Source of the DNA: Treponema sp. | GTDB taxonomy: Bacteria > Spirochaetota > Spirochaetia > Treponematales > Treponemataceae | Assembly (NCBI GenBank): GCA_045597415.1 | Contig: JAZLKD010000006.1 | Location: forward strand, 4,802 to 68,801 | Length of the DNA: 64,000 nt | Direction of reading: 5' to 3' | Shown here: positions 11,427-21,960 of the stretch, one piece after another | Layout of the letters: each line of letters starts with the position of its first letter | Numbering within the stretch: position 1 is the first letter of the stretch | The notes under the pieces: model-generated | Seen by the model: the letters and a program-made list of their open reading frames with translations, nothing else | What the model was told of the DNA's origin: nothing | Databases searched by the model: none | Made by a program: the position numbers and the translations under genes

Positions 11427-12881
11427 ATGGAAATGAAAGAAGGCGTATTTTTTGACTTATTTTTTAACTCATACACGGAACCTTTCACTGCCAGAGAATT
11501 TTTGCAGGTTATGAAAAGCTTTGCCATTAATCTTTCTGTTGAGCAGGCTGAAGAATGTCTCTACGGTGATCCCCGGGTTTTTTGCCTTGAGAACCAGTTG
11601 TTTTTGACCAGAGCCGGTGCTTTTTCCAATAAATATTTCAGTATAAAACCTACAAAACAGGAAATTGAACAGGGGGTGTTTATAGCCGGGGACAGGTGCA
11701 TGCCCTTTGTAAATGGTGAAATTGTTTCCTGTTATTTGAATTTTGAATATAAAAAGAATTTTCTTAAGCCGAAAGTTTTCAATACAAATTCACTTGTTGC
11801 AAGGGATTTGTTTACATTTTTTGGTGATGAATGGATTGGACAGTATCTGGCAAATGATCCTGCCAATAAGCAGTTAAAACTTGAAGAGAATGATTTTGAA
11901 TTGCCGACTGAAGTGAATGTTACTGGTGTTTCCTTGAAGAAAATAATTGAAGATACTGGTTTTGAATATGGTGACAGGCTTTTGTGCTATGTTTCGGATT
12001 GGGCAAACAATGTAATTGTTGTAGAACCTGTTATTTTGCATGATAAAAATCCATTTGAAAAGAATAGCATTGAAGTTGAACATGAAAACTGGATACGTAC
12101 TTTTGAAGAATGCATTTTGAAAAATTTTGATAAAATGGGACCTTGCGGTGCCATTGAAGAACAGCTTGCTTTTACTTTTTATGATAATATGGGAAAACTT
12201 TGTGTCCAAGATTGCAGTTCCATTCATGAAATGATTGATGCAAGCGAAAAAATCGGAATGGAAATGTTCGGCGTTGAAACAAGATTGTGGCGCAGTGGAG
12301 AAAGCGTTCCTGCTGTCGGCAACTGGAATAAGGACATTTGTTCAACTTCTGTTCGTGTTAAAGATTTGAATGATTTTGAACTGCCGGTGTACATTATTGA
12401 CTGCTATCTGAAAGATATGTTTTTTGAAAAGAAAGATGACATTGAAGAAGTGATAAAACGGGTTATTCCCGGTGAGATTGATATTAACAGGTCGGCACGA
12501 GATTCAGTTACGTTGCAAATAAGGCGCAGAAGTGTTATAATTTGCAAAAAGTACAATTGGTTTGCAGATTTTGCAATAGGTAACATTCGTCACAAGGCTT
12601 TGGAGTTGTATTCTAAAGTTGGTTCCCTTGTTTATGATATTGATTGTACTGGCAGTAATCTGGACAAATTTCCGCAGAAAGAGCTGGTTATTTTGAGTCA
12701 GTTATTTGCCCATATTATGAACCTGCTTGAAGTTCTTTCTGGTCCCGGGGAATGTCCTGAGGAAGAGGTGAACCTGATTGGTACTTCTCTTGAAGGAATG
12801 GAATACAATTTTGAAGATATTCGGCTTAAACTGGTTCCTGTTGTGAAAAAACTCCAGTCCGAAAGTTTTGAAGTAATCTGA
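11427..12881 (+). CDS. Hypothetical protein, 484 aa
   Basis: Long ORF, acidic composition, no motif recognised. Confidence 0.75.
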   Translation: MEMKEGVFFDLFFNSYTEPFTAREFLQVMKSFAINLSVEQAEECLYGDPRVFCLENQLFLTRAGAFSNKYFSIKPTKQEIEQGVFIAGDRCMPFVNGEIVSCYLNFEYKKNFLKPKVFNTNSLVARDLFTFFGDEWIGQYLANDPANKQLKLEENDFELPTEVNVTGVSLKKIIEDTGFEYGDRLLCYVSDWANNVIVVEPVILHDKNPFEKNSIEVEHENWIRTFEECILKNFDKMGPCGAIEEQLAFTFYDNMGKLCVQDCSSIHEMIDASEKIGMEMFGVETRLWRSGESVPAVGNWNKDICSTSVRVKDLNDFELPVYIIDCYLKDMFFEKKDDIEEVIKRVIPGEIDINRSARDSVTLQIRRRSVIICKKYNWFADFAIGNIRHKALELYSKVGSLVYDIDCTGSNLDKFPQKELVILSQLFAHIMNLLEVLSGPGECPEEEVNLIGTSLEGMEYNFEDIRLKLVPVVKKLQSESFEVI

Positions 12882-12994
12882 TCTTGAATTGATATTCACA
12901 GGCAATGCCATAAGTTCGTAAATTGTTTTTTACGGACATAGCCTTATAAAATAGGAATTAGTTTTTTAATATATAAAACTATAAGGGGTTTTTT

Positions 12995-14959
12995 ATGAAC
13001 GTTAATGGTATTGCTGCCGTTGCAAAATCTATCCGCAGTTTGTCTATTGATGCCATCCAGAAGGCAAATTCAGGTCATCCTGGTCTTCCACTTGGTTGTG
13101 CAGAGCTTGCTGCTGTTTTGTACGGAGAAATCATGAAGCACAATCCGGCTGACTCAAAATGGGCAGACCGCGATCGTTTTGTTCTTTCTGCAGGTCATGG
13201 ATCTATGCTTTTGTATTCAATCCTTCACCTCAGCGGATACAAAGTAACTCTCGACGATATTCAGAATTTCCGCCAGGTTGGTTCTAAATGTCCAGGGCAT
13301 CCGGAATACGGATGGACTGATGGTGTTGAAAATACATCAGGTCCTCTTGGACAGGGTATTGCCATTGCTGTTGGGATGGCTATGGCTGAAACAATCATGG
13401 CTGCTAAATATAATACTCCAGCTCACAAAATTGTTGACCATTACACTTATGTTTTGACAGGTGAAGGTTGTCTTGAAGAAGGTGTTTCTTCTGAAGCATG
13501 TTCTTTTGCAGGTCACAATAAACTTGGTAAGCTTATTGTTTTTTACGATCAGAATAAAATTTCCATTGACGGTTCAACTGATATTACATTTACAGAAGAT
13601 ATCGGCAAGCGTTATGAAGCTTATGGCTGGCAGGTTCTTAAAGGCGATATGTATGATGTTGAAGACCTTTTGAAACTTATTGAAGAAGCTAAGGCTGAAA
13701 CAGAAAAACCAACTTTCATCATGCTTAAATCTGTAATCGGAAAATATGCTCCAAAACAGGGAACTCCTGCCGTTCATGGTGAAGCTCTTGGAGTTGATGA
13801 TGTTGCCGCTACAAAGAAAAATCTTGGTCTTGATCCTGAAAAATTCTTCCAGGTAGATGAAAATGCTTATTCATATTTTGCTGAAAAAAAGGCTGGTTTT
13901 GAAAAAGCATATTCTGACTGGAACAATGAATTTGAAGCCTGGGCAAAAGAAAATCCTGAACTTGCAAAACAGTGGAAAGCAGGTTTTGAAGGTACAGAAG
14001 ATGGTTGTGCCGAAGATCCTGTTTATGAAACTGGAAAATCTGTTGCAACCCGTACTGCATCAGGCGATATGATTAATGCAATGGGACTCCGTTATTCTTA
14101 CCTTGTTGGCGGTTCTGCTGACCTTAAAGGTTCAAATAAATCAGGAATGAAATGTGACGGAGGAACTTATACTCCAGAAAACCGTGCAGGACGTTCAATT
14201 GAATATGGTATCCGTGAATTTGGTATGGCCAGTGAAGCTCTTGGTATGAGTGCTCACGGCGGTATTCGTCCATTTGTTGCAACTTATCTTGTATTCTCTG
14301 ATTATATGAGACCTTCAATTCGTGTTGCAGCACTTATGAAACAGCCTGTAATTTACGACCTTACACACGACTCAATTTATGTTGGTGAAGATGGTCCTAC
14401 ACATCAGCCGATTGAACATCTTTCAAGTCTCCGTGCAATTCCAAATGTACAGGTTTTGCGTCCGGGAGATGCTGAAGAAACAGTAGCTGCATGGCACATG
14501 GCAATGGAATCAAAAGATCATCCTGTTGTATTTGCACTTACACGTCAGAATGTTCCGGTTTATGCAAAAGAAGATGCAAACTGGAAAGAAAACATCAGAA
14601 AAGGTGCTTATGTTGTAAAGAAGGGAGCAGATGATCCTGAAGTTACAATTGTGGCAACTGGTTCTGAAGTAAGCATGGCTCTTGAAGCTGCAGAGAAATC
14701 TGGAAAAGCAGTACGTGTTGTTTCAGTTCTTGATAAAACTTTGTTTGAAGCTCAGAGTAAAGAATATCAGAAATCTGTTCTTGGAAACGGCCGCGTAATC
14801 GTTTGTGAAGCGGGCGTTAAAAACGGATGGGAATTCTATGTAAGCAGCAAAAAAGATTTGTTTACTCTTGATCATTTTGGTGAATCAGGTCCAGCTAAAA
14901 AAGTTGCTGAACATTTTGGATTTACAGCTGATAAACTTGCAGAACTTATCAATAATTAA
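12995..14959 (+). CDS. tkt: Transketolase
   Basis: SGHPGLPLG, DRFVLSAGHGS, GIREFGM, HDSIYVGEDGPTHQP. Confidence 0.97.
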   Translation: MNVNGIAAVAKSIRSLSIDAIQKANSGHPGLPLGCAELAAVLYGEIMKHNPADSKWADRDRFVLSAGHGSMLLYSILHLSGYKVTLDDIQNFRQVGSKCPGHPEYGWTDGVENTSGPLGQGIAIAVGMAMAETIMAAKYNTPAHKIVDHYTYVLTGEGCLEEGVSSEACSFAGHNKLGKLIVFYDQNKISIDGSTDITFTEDIGKRYEAYGWQVLKGDMYDVEDLLKLIEEAKAETEKPTFIMLKSVIGKYAPKQGTPAVHGEALGVDDVAATKKNLGLDPEKFFQVDENAYSYFAEKKAGFEKAYSDWNNEFEAWAKENPELAKQWKAGFEGTEDGCAEDPVYETGKSVATRTASGDMINAMGLRYSYLVGGSADLKGSNKSGMKCDGGTYTPENRAGRSIEYGIREFGMASEALGMSAHGGIRPFVATYLVFSDYMRPSIRVAALMKQPVIYDLTHDSIYVGEDGPTHQPIEHLSSLRAIPNVQVLRPGDAEETVAAWHMAMESKDHPVVFALTRQNVPVYAKEDANWKENIRKGAYVVKKGADDPEVTIVATGSEVSMALEAAEKSGKAVRVVSVLDKTLFEAQSKEYQKSVLGNGRVIVCEAGVKNGWEFYVSSKKDLFTLDHFGESGPAKKVAEHFGFTADKLAELINN

Positions 14960-14969
14960 TAAATCGCTT

Positions 14970-15180
14970 AAGCGTGCCTGACGCGTTAGGGATCACCGCG
15001 GGAGCGGTACCCCGCGTGTCAAGGCCTTGAGCGATAGCGTGCCTTGACGCGTTAGGGATTGTAGTGGCCTGATCTTTTCTGGGCCGGAAGGACCGGAAAA
15101 GATTGGAGGCGAAAGCCGGAACCACGGAAAGCCCGCCGTAAGCAGCCGAAGGTGAAACCGGAGGTTGCGTCGAACGCCCA
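14970..15180 (+). repeat. GC-rich palindromic intergenic element (Flavo-1/REP-like), with AGCGTGCC(T)TGACGCGTTAGGGAT duplicated
   Basis: Internal direct repeat near 14970 and 15036; CGTTAGGGATTGTAG...CGGAAAGCCCG core with relatives near 42106 and 44986. Confidence 0.55.
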
Positions 15181-15278
15181 TAACAGACTGTCAGAAATGG
15201 CAGTCTTTTTTTTTACAAACATGCGGATATTTTGGAATTCAATGGCAATTCTGTAAAATTAGGGTAGAATATAAAAAT

Positions 15279-17348
15279 ATGGAACTGAGAAGAATAATCG
15301 AAACTGATGCTGATTTATGCTTTAACTGCCATAGATGTATTGCTGCCTGCCCGGTAAAAATTTGTAATGATGGAAGCGGCGATTTTGTCGGAGTTAAGAG
15401 CGACCTTTGTATTGGATGTGGAAGCTGTATTGAAGCATGTCCGCAAAAAGCCAGAACCGGAATCGACGATTTTGATATTTTTATGAATGCCTCTGACCGC
15501 GGTGAAAAAATGGTTGCGGTAATTGACCCTGCCATCGCTGCAACTTTTGAAGGTCAGAACATGCAGATGAACGGCTGGCTTGTGAACAGGGGAATTGAAG
15601 CTGTTTTTGATGTCAGTTTTGGCGGTGAACTGCTGGCTAAGTCCTATGTGGAATATATTAAAAAAAATAATCCTAAACTCATTATCAGTCAGTCCTGTCC
15701 GAGTGTTGTAAATTATATTCAGATATATAAACCTGAACTTTTGAAATATATTGCTCCTTTTGACAGTCCTATGTCCCATTGTATGAAAATGATCCGGGAG
15801 TATTATCCGCAGTTCAGAAATCACAAAATTGTTGCAATAAGTCCGTGTTATGCAAAACGTCATGAAATGGATTTTACAGGACTTGGAGATTACAATGTTA
15901 CTTTAAAATCTATAAGCAGATATTTTGTGGAAAATAATGTGGACCTGGCAACTTTCCCGAAAGTTGATTATTTGAATAAACCGGCTGAAAGGGCTGTTCA
16001 GATCAGTAGTCCTGGTGGTCTTTTGAAAGTGCTGGAACGTTATATTCCAGGTATCAGCAAAAATGCAAGGCATATTGAAGGGCAGAGACCGACTATTGAA
16101 TATCTGAATTATCTGGCAGATATTGTCTCAAAAAATGAAGATCCGACTTTTGTGGTTGTTGACTGTATGTCATGTGAATCCAGCTGTAATGACGGAGCAG
16201 GTTCAGATATAGGTTCAAAGTCGATTGATCAGATTGAAAATTATGTAAATTACCGTGAAGGAACACGCCGCGATATTTATCACACACGGAAAGACGGTTT
16301 TTTTGGAGTATGGAAACTTCATCGAACTATCGAAAAATTCTGGAGCAAAGGAATTTATAGCCGTGAGTATGAAAACAGAAACAGACAGTATACTCATCTT
16401 GTAAAGGAGCCGACTGAGGATGAATTGTGGGCTATTTACAGAAAAATGGGGAAAAATTCTGAAGCGGATCTGCTTAATTGCCGGGCCTGTGGTTTTGAAG
16501 ACTGCAGGAGTCTGGCTGTAAGTATTTTTAACGGATTGAATAAGAGTGAAAGTTGTCACCATTATCAGGGATATCAGCTTAAGGTTTTGCAGCAGAAACA
16601 GCAGGAACAGTTAAGTGATGCCGTTGAACAGGTTAAGCAGTCCAGTCTCAATGAGTTTGCTGAAAGTGAACGGGATGTTGGCAGAATTGAAGATGTTACA
16701 GGTGAAATGATGGAATCTGTGGAAAATTCTGCAGCAGGCATTGAACAGATGATTAAAAACATCGTTGGAATTAATGGTGTTCTTATTAAGAATAAAGAAA
16801 CTGTCGATGACCTGGGAAAGGCAACTCAATCTGGAAAAGTCAGCATCAATGAAGTAAGCAATCTTGTTGCCGAAATTGAAAAATATTCGAAGGGACTTGG
16901 AGAAATGTCTGTTGTTATTCAGCAGATTTCAAGCCAGACAAACCTTCTTGCCATGAATGCTGCAATTGAAGCGGCTCATGCTGGAAGCAGCGGGCAGGGA
17001 TTTGCTGTTGTTGCAGATGAAATCCGAAAACTTGCAGAAGATTCCGGTACTCAGGCTAAATCTATCAGCGAAGTTCTTAAAAAAATTAAAAATCTCATTG
17101 ATTCAGCTTACGGCAAAACTGTGGCAGCTCAAAAAGATATGGAAACTGTATTTAACCTGGCTCAGCAGGTTAATGATCAGGAAACTACGGTTAAGAATTC
17201 AATGGAAGAACAGACTGAAAGCGGGGAACAGATGCTTGGTACACTGGAACGAATGAAACATGCGGCCGAAAGTGTTTCTTCAGCTGTTATGGAACTGAAT
17301 GCTTCTACTTATAAAATTAAAAACTCAATTCAGGAAATAAAACTATAA
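15279..17348 (+). CDS. Sensory [FeFe]-hydrogenase-like Fe-S protein fused to a methyl-accepting chemotaxis domain
   Basis: Two CxxCxxCxxxCP ferredoxin motifs; H-cluster-like [23 protein letters not shown]; CRACGFEDC; C-terminal [16 protein letters not shown]...[14 protein letters not shown]. Confidence 0.85.
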   Translation: MELRRIIETDADLCFNCHRCIAACPVKICNDGSGDFVGVKSDLCIGCGSCIEACPQKARTGIDDFDIFMNASDRGEKMVAVIDPAIAATFEGQNMQMNGWLVNRGIEAVFDVSFGGELLAKSYVEYIKKNNPKLIISQSCPSVVNYIQIYKPELLKYIAPFDSPMSHCMKMIREYYPQFRNHKIVAISPCYAKRHEMDFTGLGDYNVTLKSISRYFVENNVDLATFPKVDYLNKPAERAVQISSPGGLLKVLERYIPGISKNARHIEGQRPTIEYLNYLADIVSKNEDPTFVVVDCMSCESSCNDGAGSDIGSKSIDQIENYVNYREGTRRDIYHTRKDGFFGVWKLHRTIEKFWSKGIYSREYENRNRQYTHLVKEPTEDELWAIYRKMGKNSEADLLNCRACGFEDCRSLAVSIFNGLNKSESCHHYQGYQLKVLQQKQQEQLSDAVEQVKQSSLNEFAESERDVGRIEDVTGEMMESVENSAAGIEQMIKNIVGINGVLIKNKETVDDLGKATQSGKVSINEVSNLVAEIEKYSKGLGEMSVVIQQISSQTNLLAMNAAIEAAHAGSSGQGFAVVADEIRKLAEDSGTQAKSISEVLKKIKNLIDSAYGKTVAAQKDMETVFNLAQQVNDQETTVKNSMEEQTESGEQMLGTLERMKHAAESVSSAVMELNASTYKIKNSIQEIKL

Positions 17349-17371
17349 AGCCCGATATATACGAAGTACAA

Positions 17372-17430
17372 AAAAACTGCCTGTCAGGTGTAACCATATT
17401 ATTGGACACTTTTACAGGGCAGTTTTTTTT
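17372..17430. terminator. Bidirectional hairpin terminator between convergent genes
   Basis: AAAAAAACTGCCTGT...ACAGGGCAGTTTTTTT. Confidence 0.65.
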
Positions 17431-17436
17431 GGCCGA

Positions 17437-18456
17437 TTATTTTTGTTTATCTCTGCTTTTTTTGTTTAGAATCCAGCCGGTGACAATGAAGGCAGCTCCG
17501 CCTAAAATCATCAGGAAACACAGAATCTGTCCTGTGGAAATGTTCAGCAGGGAAGTCATTTCGTAAATCTGTCCGTTATTGGCTGTAAATCTGTAACCGA
17601 TGTCTGCATCTGGCTGGCGGAAATATTCGATGATAAAGCGGAAAAGTCCGTAGCCGATTGTGTATAATCCAACCATAAATCCATCGAAAGGTTTCTTTTT
17701 GCGAAGGAACCATAGGATTAAAAAGAGTACAATGCCTTCAAAAAATGCTTCGTAAAGCTGGCTTGGATGGCGCGGAAGGTTGATGAGTTCCCTGCCGTAA
17801 TAGTCGATTTTGTCAGCTGCGACATCTATTCCGCAATTTTCTGCAAAAGTTTTGACCCAGTCCTGGGCGGTGTCGAAAAGCTGTGATGCCGGCATATTCT
17901 TAAACCGCATTCCGATCCAGGATGTTGTAATTCGTCCGTAGAGTTCTCCGTTTAAGAAGTTGCCGAGGCGGCCGAAAGTGTACCCCAGGGGAATTGCAAT
18001 ACAAACTGTATCGAGCCAGCGAAGAAGCGGGCGTTTGTGGATTTTGCACCAGATGATGATGCTGACAAGACAGCCGATAAAGCCGCCGTGGTAGCTCATG
18101 CCGGCAAGTCCTGTAAAATGACCTTCTGAATCAAATGGCCAGAAAATGAGCCATGGTTTTGACCAGTAGCCGGTTGAATAAATCAATGTTGAAAAAATTC
18201 TTGCACCGAGAAGAAGACCGATGATTCCTGTTGTAAGAAAACTGAAAAGGTCATCTTCTGTAGGCTTTTTGTCCAGTGTGTCGCCCGGTTTTGGATCTAA
18301 TGCTCCTTCCTTTAAAAGTTTGAGAAGGAAGAAATATGCTGTCGCAAAAGCAAAAATGTACATGAGTCCATACCAGCGGATATTCTGGAGATAAGGTATT
18401 CCAGGGAAGATTGATGGATGAATCCATGACGGGTAATCAAAGAAAAGTGGTGTCAT
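17437..18456 (-). CDS. lgt: Prolipoprotein diacylglyceryl transferase
   Basis: IRWYGLMY, GMSYHGG, GRLGNFLNGELYGR, HPSQLYE, RFIIEYFRQPD. Confidence 0.96.
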   Translation of the reverse strand: MTPLFFDYPSWIHPSIFPGIPYLQNIRWYGLMYIFAFATAYFFLLKLLKEGALDPKPGDTLDKKPTEDDLFSFLTTGIIGLLLGARIFSTLIYSTGYWSKPWLIFWPFDSEGHFTGLAGMSYHGGFIGCLVSIIIWCKIHKRPLLRWLDTVCIAIPLGYTFGRLGNFLNGELYGRITTSWIGMRFKNMPASQLFDTAQDWVKTFAENCGIDVAADKIDYYGRELINLPRHPSQLYEAFFEGIVLFLILWFLRKKKPFDGFMVGLYTIGYGLFRFIIEYFRQPDADIGYRFTANNGQIYEMTSLLNISTGQILCFLMILGGAAFIVTGWILNKKSRDKQK

Positions 18457-18487
18457 TGTGTTTCCTGTAACTTTTTATAATTGTTGA

Positions 18488-19609
18488 TTAAACTTTAAAT
18501 CCTAAGGATGCTGCCTTAAGCAGTTTTGATTTAAGCAGCAGGTTTTCGTTTTTAAGCTGTGTAAGCTCGTACTGCTGTGTTTTAATCATTTCAGCAAGTT
18601 CACTTGTTGTAAGGGCTCCTGTTCCGACAAGATCTTCAACATAAGTCATTTTTGCTGAAAAATCGTCAACTGCTTCTTCTGATGCAATTTCAAAAGTTGT
18701 ATCATCGTCAAATTTTGTTGTTTCACTCTGAAGGATTTTTTCGGCAATTCTGTAAACAGCCTGTGAAAGAACTGCATTCGGTTTGTAAACGATGACAGGA
18801 AGCCGGGAAGAAAGTGCTCTGTCCTGGAGTGTATCACGATACATGATTCCAAGGGATTCCGGATCGATGCCCAGATACTGCTGGCACGAACGGCGGATTT
18901 TATTGCCTTTATCTGCGTCTTTTGGTTCATCAATCATGTTGACGATGAGCCTTGGCTTGAACTGAGAAAGACGTTCCTTGAACTTTGCAGCATTTTCAGG
19001 GTCAATTACGCTGATGGCTTCAATGAGTTTAGGAATGTAGAGCCGCTGAAGGCTTGTGGCATCATTCCTGAGTTTTTCAAGATATTCGGCGGCTTTTGAT
19101 CCTTTTTTGAAAGTTGCACTCATAAGGCGGAATACTGAGTTCTTGAGGAACAGGTATCCGTTGAGGGTTGCAGTAACAGTAGGAGCCGTTACAACAATTC
19201 CCTGTGGAGACAGAAGGAACAAATCCAGGATTGTGAGATGAGTTCCGGCTCCCAGGTCGATGATAAGGTAATCTGCATCAAGGGAATTAAAATGCTTGAT
19301 GAGAGAGTTTTTCTGATAAATTTTCAGGGCACTCAGACCTGTAATTTCTGTATCTCCGGCAATGAAACTTACATTTTCGTAATCTGTCGGCTGGATGATT
19401 TCTTCAAAAGAGTGTTCTCCAGAGAGAAATGTTCCGATTCCCATTTTTGGGGAAATCTGGCCGATTACCAGATGAAGGTTTGAGGCACCAAGATCCAGGT
19501 CAGCAAGAACAACTTTTTTGCCTGCCTGACCAAGAGCGATTGCTAAATTTGCTGAAAGGAGGCTCTTTCCGACACCGCCTTTACCACTGGCTATTGGAAT
19601 AATCTGCAT
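18488..19609 (-). CDS. MinD/FlhG (ParA-family) ATPase with C-terminal extension
   Basis: Deviant Walker A ASGKGGVGKS; DLDLGASNL; IIDLGAG. Confidence 0.85.
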   Translation of the reverse strand: MQIIPIASGKGGVGKSLLSANLAIALGQAGKKVVLADLDLGASNLHLVIGQISPKMGIGTFLSGEHSFEEIIQPTDYENVSFIAGDTEITGLSALKIYQKNSLIKHFNSLDADYLIIDLGAGTHLTILDLFLLSPQGIVVTAPTVTATLNGYLFLKNSVFRLMSATFKKGSKAAEYLEKLRNDATSLQRLYIPKLIEAISVIDPENAAKFKERLSQFKPRLIVNMIDEPKDADKGNKIRRSCQQYLGIDPESLGIMYRDTLQDRALSSRLPVIVYKPNAVLSQAVYRIAEKILQSETTKFDDDTTFEIASEEAVDDFSAKMTYVEDLVGTGALTTSELAEMIKTQQYELTQLKNENLLLKSKLLKAASLGFKV

Positions 19610-19684
19610 ATAAAAAATTATAACATAAAGGAAGAATTCTCGCCAATGTTGACGATTCTACTATAGAAAATTAAAATGATTTAT

Positions 19685-21154
19685 ATGAAAAAAATTAAGT
19701 TTATTGCAATTATTTCTGCCGCATTAGTATTTTCACAGGCATGTTTTGGCTTTTCTCCAAAGTCTGAAGAAGACAAAAAAGCAAAAGAATGCATGGAAAT
19801 GATGAACGGCGTTTTTGAATTCGTACGCAAGAATTACGTTGATGAAGTTGATCCTGCTGTTTTATATAAAGGTGCCCTTAAAGGAATGCTGGAATCTCTG
19901 GACGACCAGCATACTTTATATCTGGATCATTCCATGTCGCGAAGTCTGAGTGATACTACAAGCGGTCAGTTTGGTGGTGTTGGGCTGAGCATTTCCAAAC
20001 CTTTTGAAAATAAGCCGGATAAGCCGGCATACGTTGAAGTAGCAAGTCCTGTGGAAGATACTCCGGGATTCAGGGCCGGAATTGTTGCAGGTGACCTTAT
20101 CATCAAGGCAAATGGAGTTGATACTTCTACAATCACAATGGAAGAAGTGCTTGATATTCTCCGTGGAAAAGTTGGTGAAAAAGTTGACCTCGTAATCCGC
20201 CGTGGAAAAACCATGGAATTTCCGGTAACACTTACAAGGGCAATTATTGAAGTTCCGACTGTAAAATTCGGCACAATCGGAAAACTTGGCTATCTCAAGA
20301 TTATTGAATTTACTCCTTTGACTTCTGAAAAAGTTCAGCAGGCTCTGGACAGCTTTGAATCTGCAGGAATTACAGGCCTCATTATCGATCTGCGCAACAA
20401 TCCCGGCGGTCTGATTACTTCTGTTGCAGATGTTGCAGATAAATTTATTGATGATGGTCCGATTGTAAGTACAAAAAGCCGTCTTGAATATGAAAATACA
20501 GTATTTTCGGCTTCACCACGAAAAACTACTTTTAAAAACAAACCGATTGTAGTTCTTATTAATAAAGGCTCTGCGAGTGCTTCTGAAATTTTAAGCGGTG
20601 CCCTGAAAGATAATCATCTGGCTTACCTTGTTGGCCAGCGTTCTTACGGAAAAGGTTCTGTTCAGCAGGTTATTCCTCTTTCAAAAGAAGATTCGATCAA
20701 GATTACAATGGCACGATATTACACTCCTAGTGATGTGAATATTGATAAAATCGGTATTCCGCCTGACAGAGAATTCCTTTTTCCTGAACTGGGGGAAGAA
20801 GGGGAAAAACAGTATATAAAGCTTCTTGAAGGCAGTGAAGTTGAAAAGTATGTGGAAAATCATCCTGGAATGACTGAAAATGATATTTCTAATTACGCAG
20901 TAAAACTTCATGTAAAATATCCGGACATTGACGAAAGAACTTTGCGCAAGAATATCCGCAATGAAGTTCATCGTACAATCGGAACAATGCTTTATGATCT
21001 TGATTATGATGTTCAGCTTAATGAAGCCATCAGGATTCTTGAAAAAGAAAACTTTAAGAAACTTATGTCAAAAACAAAGACACTTAAACAGCTTCAGGAT
21101 GCAGTTGAATTAGGTGAAAAGCGTGATGACGGCAAAAACAAGTCAAAGAAATAA
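19685..21154 (+). CDS. ctpA: Carboxyl-terminal processing protease (S41, PDZ domain)
   Basis: Signal peptide; FGGVGL; DLRNNPGG; SASASEI; YGKGSVQ. Confidence 0.92.
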   Translation: MKKIKFIAIISAALVFSQACFGFSPKSEEDKKAKECMEMMNGVFEFVRKNYVDEVDPAVLYKGALKGMLESLDDQHTLYLDHSMSRSLSDTTSGQFGGVGLSISKPFENKPDKPAYVEVASPVEDTPGFRAGIVAGDLIIKANGVDTSTITMEEVLDILRGKVGEKVDLVIRRGKTMEFPVTLTRAIIEVPTVKFGTIGKLGYLKIIEFTPLTSEKVQQALDSFESAGITGLIIDLRNNPGGLITSVADVADKFIDDGPIVSTKSRLEYENTVFSASPRKTTFKNKPIVVLINKGSASASEILSGALKDNHLAYLVGQRSYGKGSVQQVIPLSKEDSIKITMARYYTPSDVNIDKIGIPPDREFLFPELGEEGEKQYIKLLEGSEVEKYVENHPGMTENDISNYAVKLHVKYPDIDERTLRKNIRNEVHRTIGTMLYDLDYDVQLNEAIRILEKENFKKLMSKTKTLKQLQDAVELGEKRDDGKNKSKK

Positions 21155-21960
21155 TGCGTCAGTTCGTAGCTCAAACTAATTTTGACAGTAAAGGTTTACT
21201 CGCAGTAAGCGGCAAAGACTACAGATATTTTAAAAATGTTCTGCGGCTTGCTGCAGGCGATATGGTTTGTGTCCGGACACCTGATGGAAAACTGTGCAAC
21301 ACTACAGTCTGTAAGATTGACGAAGGTGGAAAGAAAGTTGTACTCCAGCTTTGCGCTTCCTCCCCGGTTTCTGAGGACCTGAATCAGGATTTTGCACAGG
21401 AAAATCAGCCGGTTGTGAACAATGGCATTGAATGGCAGCTTTTTATGTTTGTTCCAAAAAGTTCAAAGTTTGACCTGATAGTGCGCCAGGCGGCAGAATG
21501 TGGAGCTGCAGCTGTAATTCCGGTGCAAAGCGAGTTCAGTCAGTCAGGTGCTGAAAAAATGAACTTCAGGAGTGAAAGGCTGGAGAGAATCATAAAAGAA
21601 GCGCGGCAGCAAAGCGGTTCGGCAGTGAATACAGTTGTTGAAGACTGTATTTCTGTAAAGGAATTGTGCCGGCGATGGAAAGGAAACTGCGGAGAAGATT
21701 CATTTTGTTGTGTTCTTTATGAGCGGAGTGAAAAAACAAAAGGAATCCATGAGGCTTTGAAATCCTGCGGCGGCTTAAAAAAATGTGCGCTGGTTTGCGG
21801 GGCGGAAGGTGGAATTAGTCCTGATGAAATTGAGATGATGAGTGAAGCAGGAATTGTGCCTGTTCATTTTGAAACGAATATTTTGAGATGTGAAACCGCA
21901 GCCCTGTATGGAATGGCTGCTTTGCAAAGTGCTGTAACGGAGATAAAAAAATGGCAGTAA
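21154..21960 (+). CDS. rsmE: 16S rRNA m3U1498 methyltransferase
   Basis: NVLRL, EARQQSG, GAEGGIS, ILRCETAA. Confidence 0.92.
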   Translation: MRQFVAQTNFDSKGLLAVSGKDYRYFKNVLRLAAGDMVCVRTPDGKLCNTTVCKIDEGGKKVVLQLCASSPVSEDLNQDFAQENQPVVNNGIEWQLFMFVPKSSKFDLIVRQAAECGAAAVIPVQSEFSQSGAEKMNFRSERLERIIKEARQQSGSAVNTVVEDCISVKELCRRWKGNCGEDSFCCVLYERSEKTKGIHEALKSCGGLKKCALVCGAEGGISPDEIEMMSEAGIVPVHFETNILRCETAALYGMAALQSAVTEIKKWQ

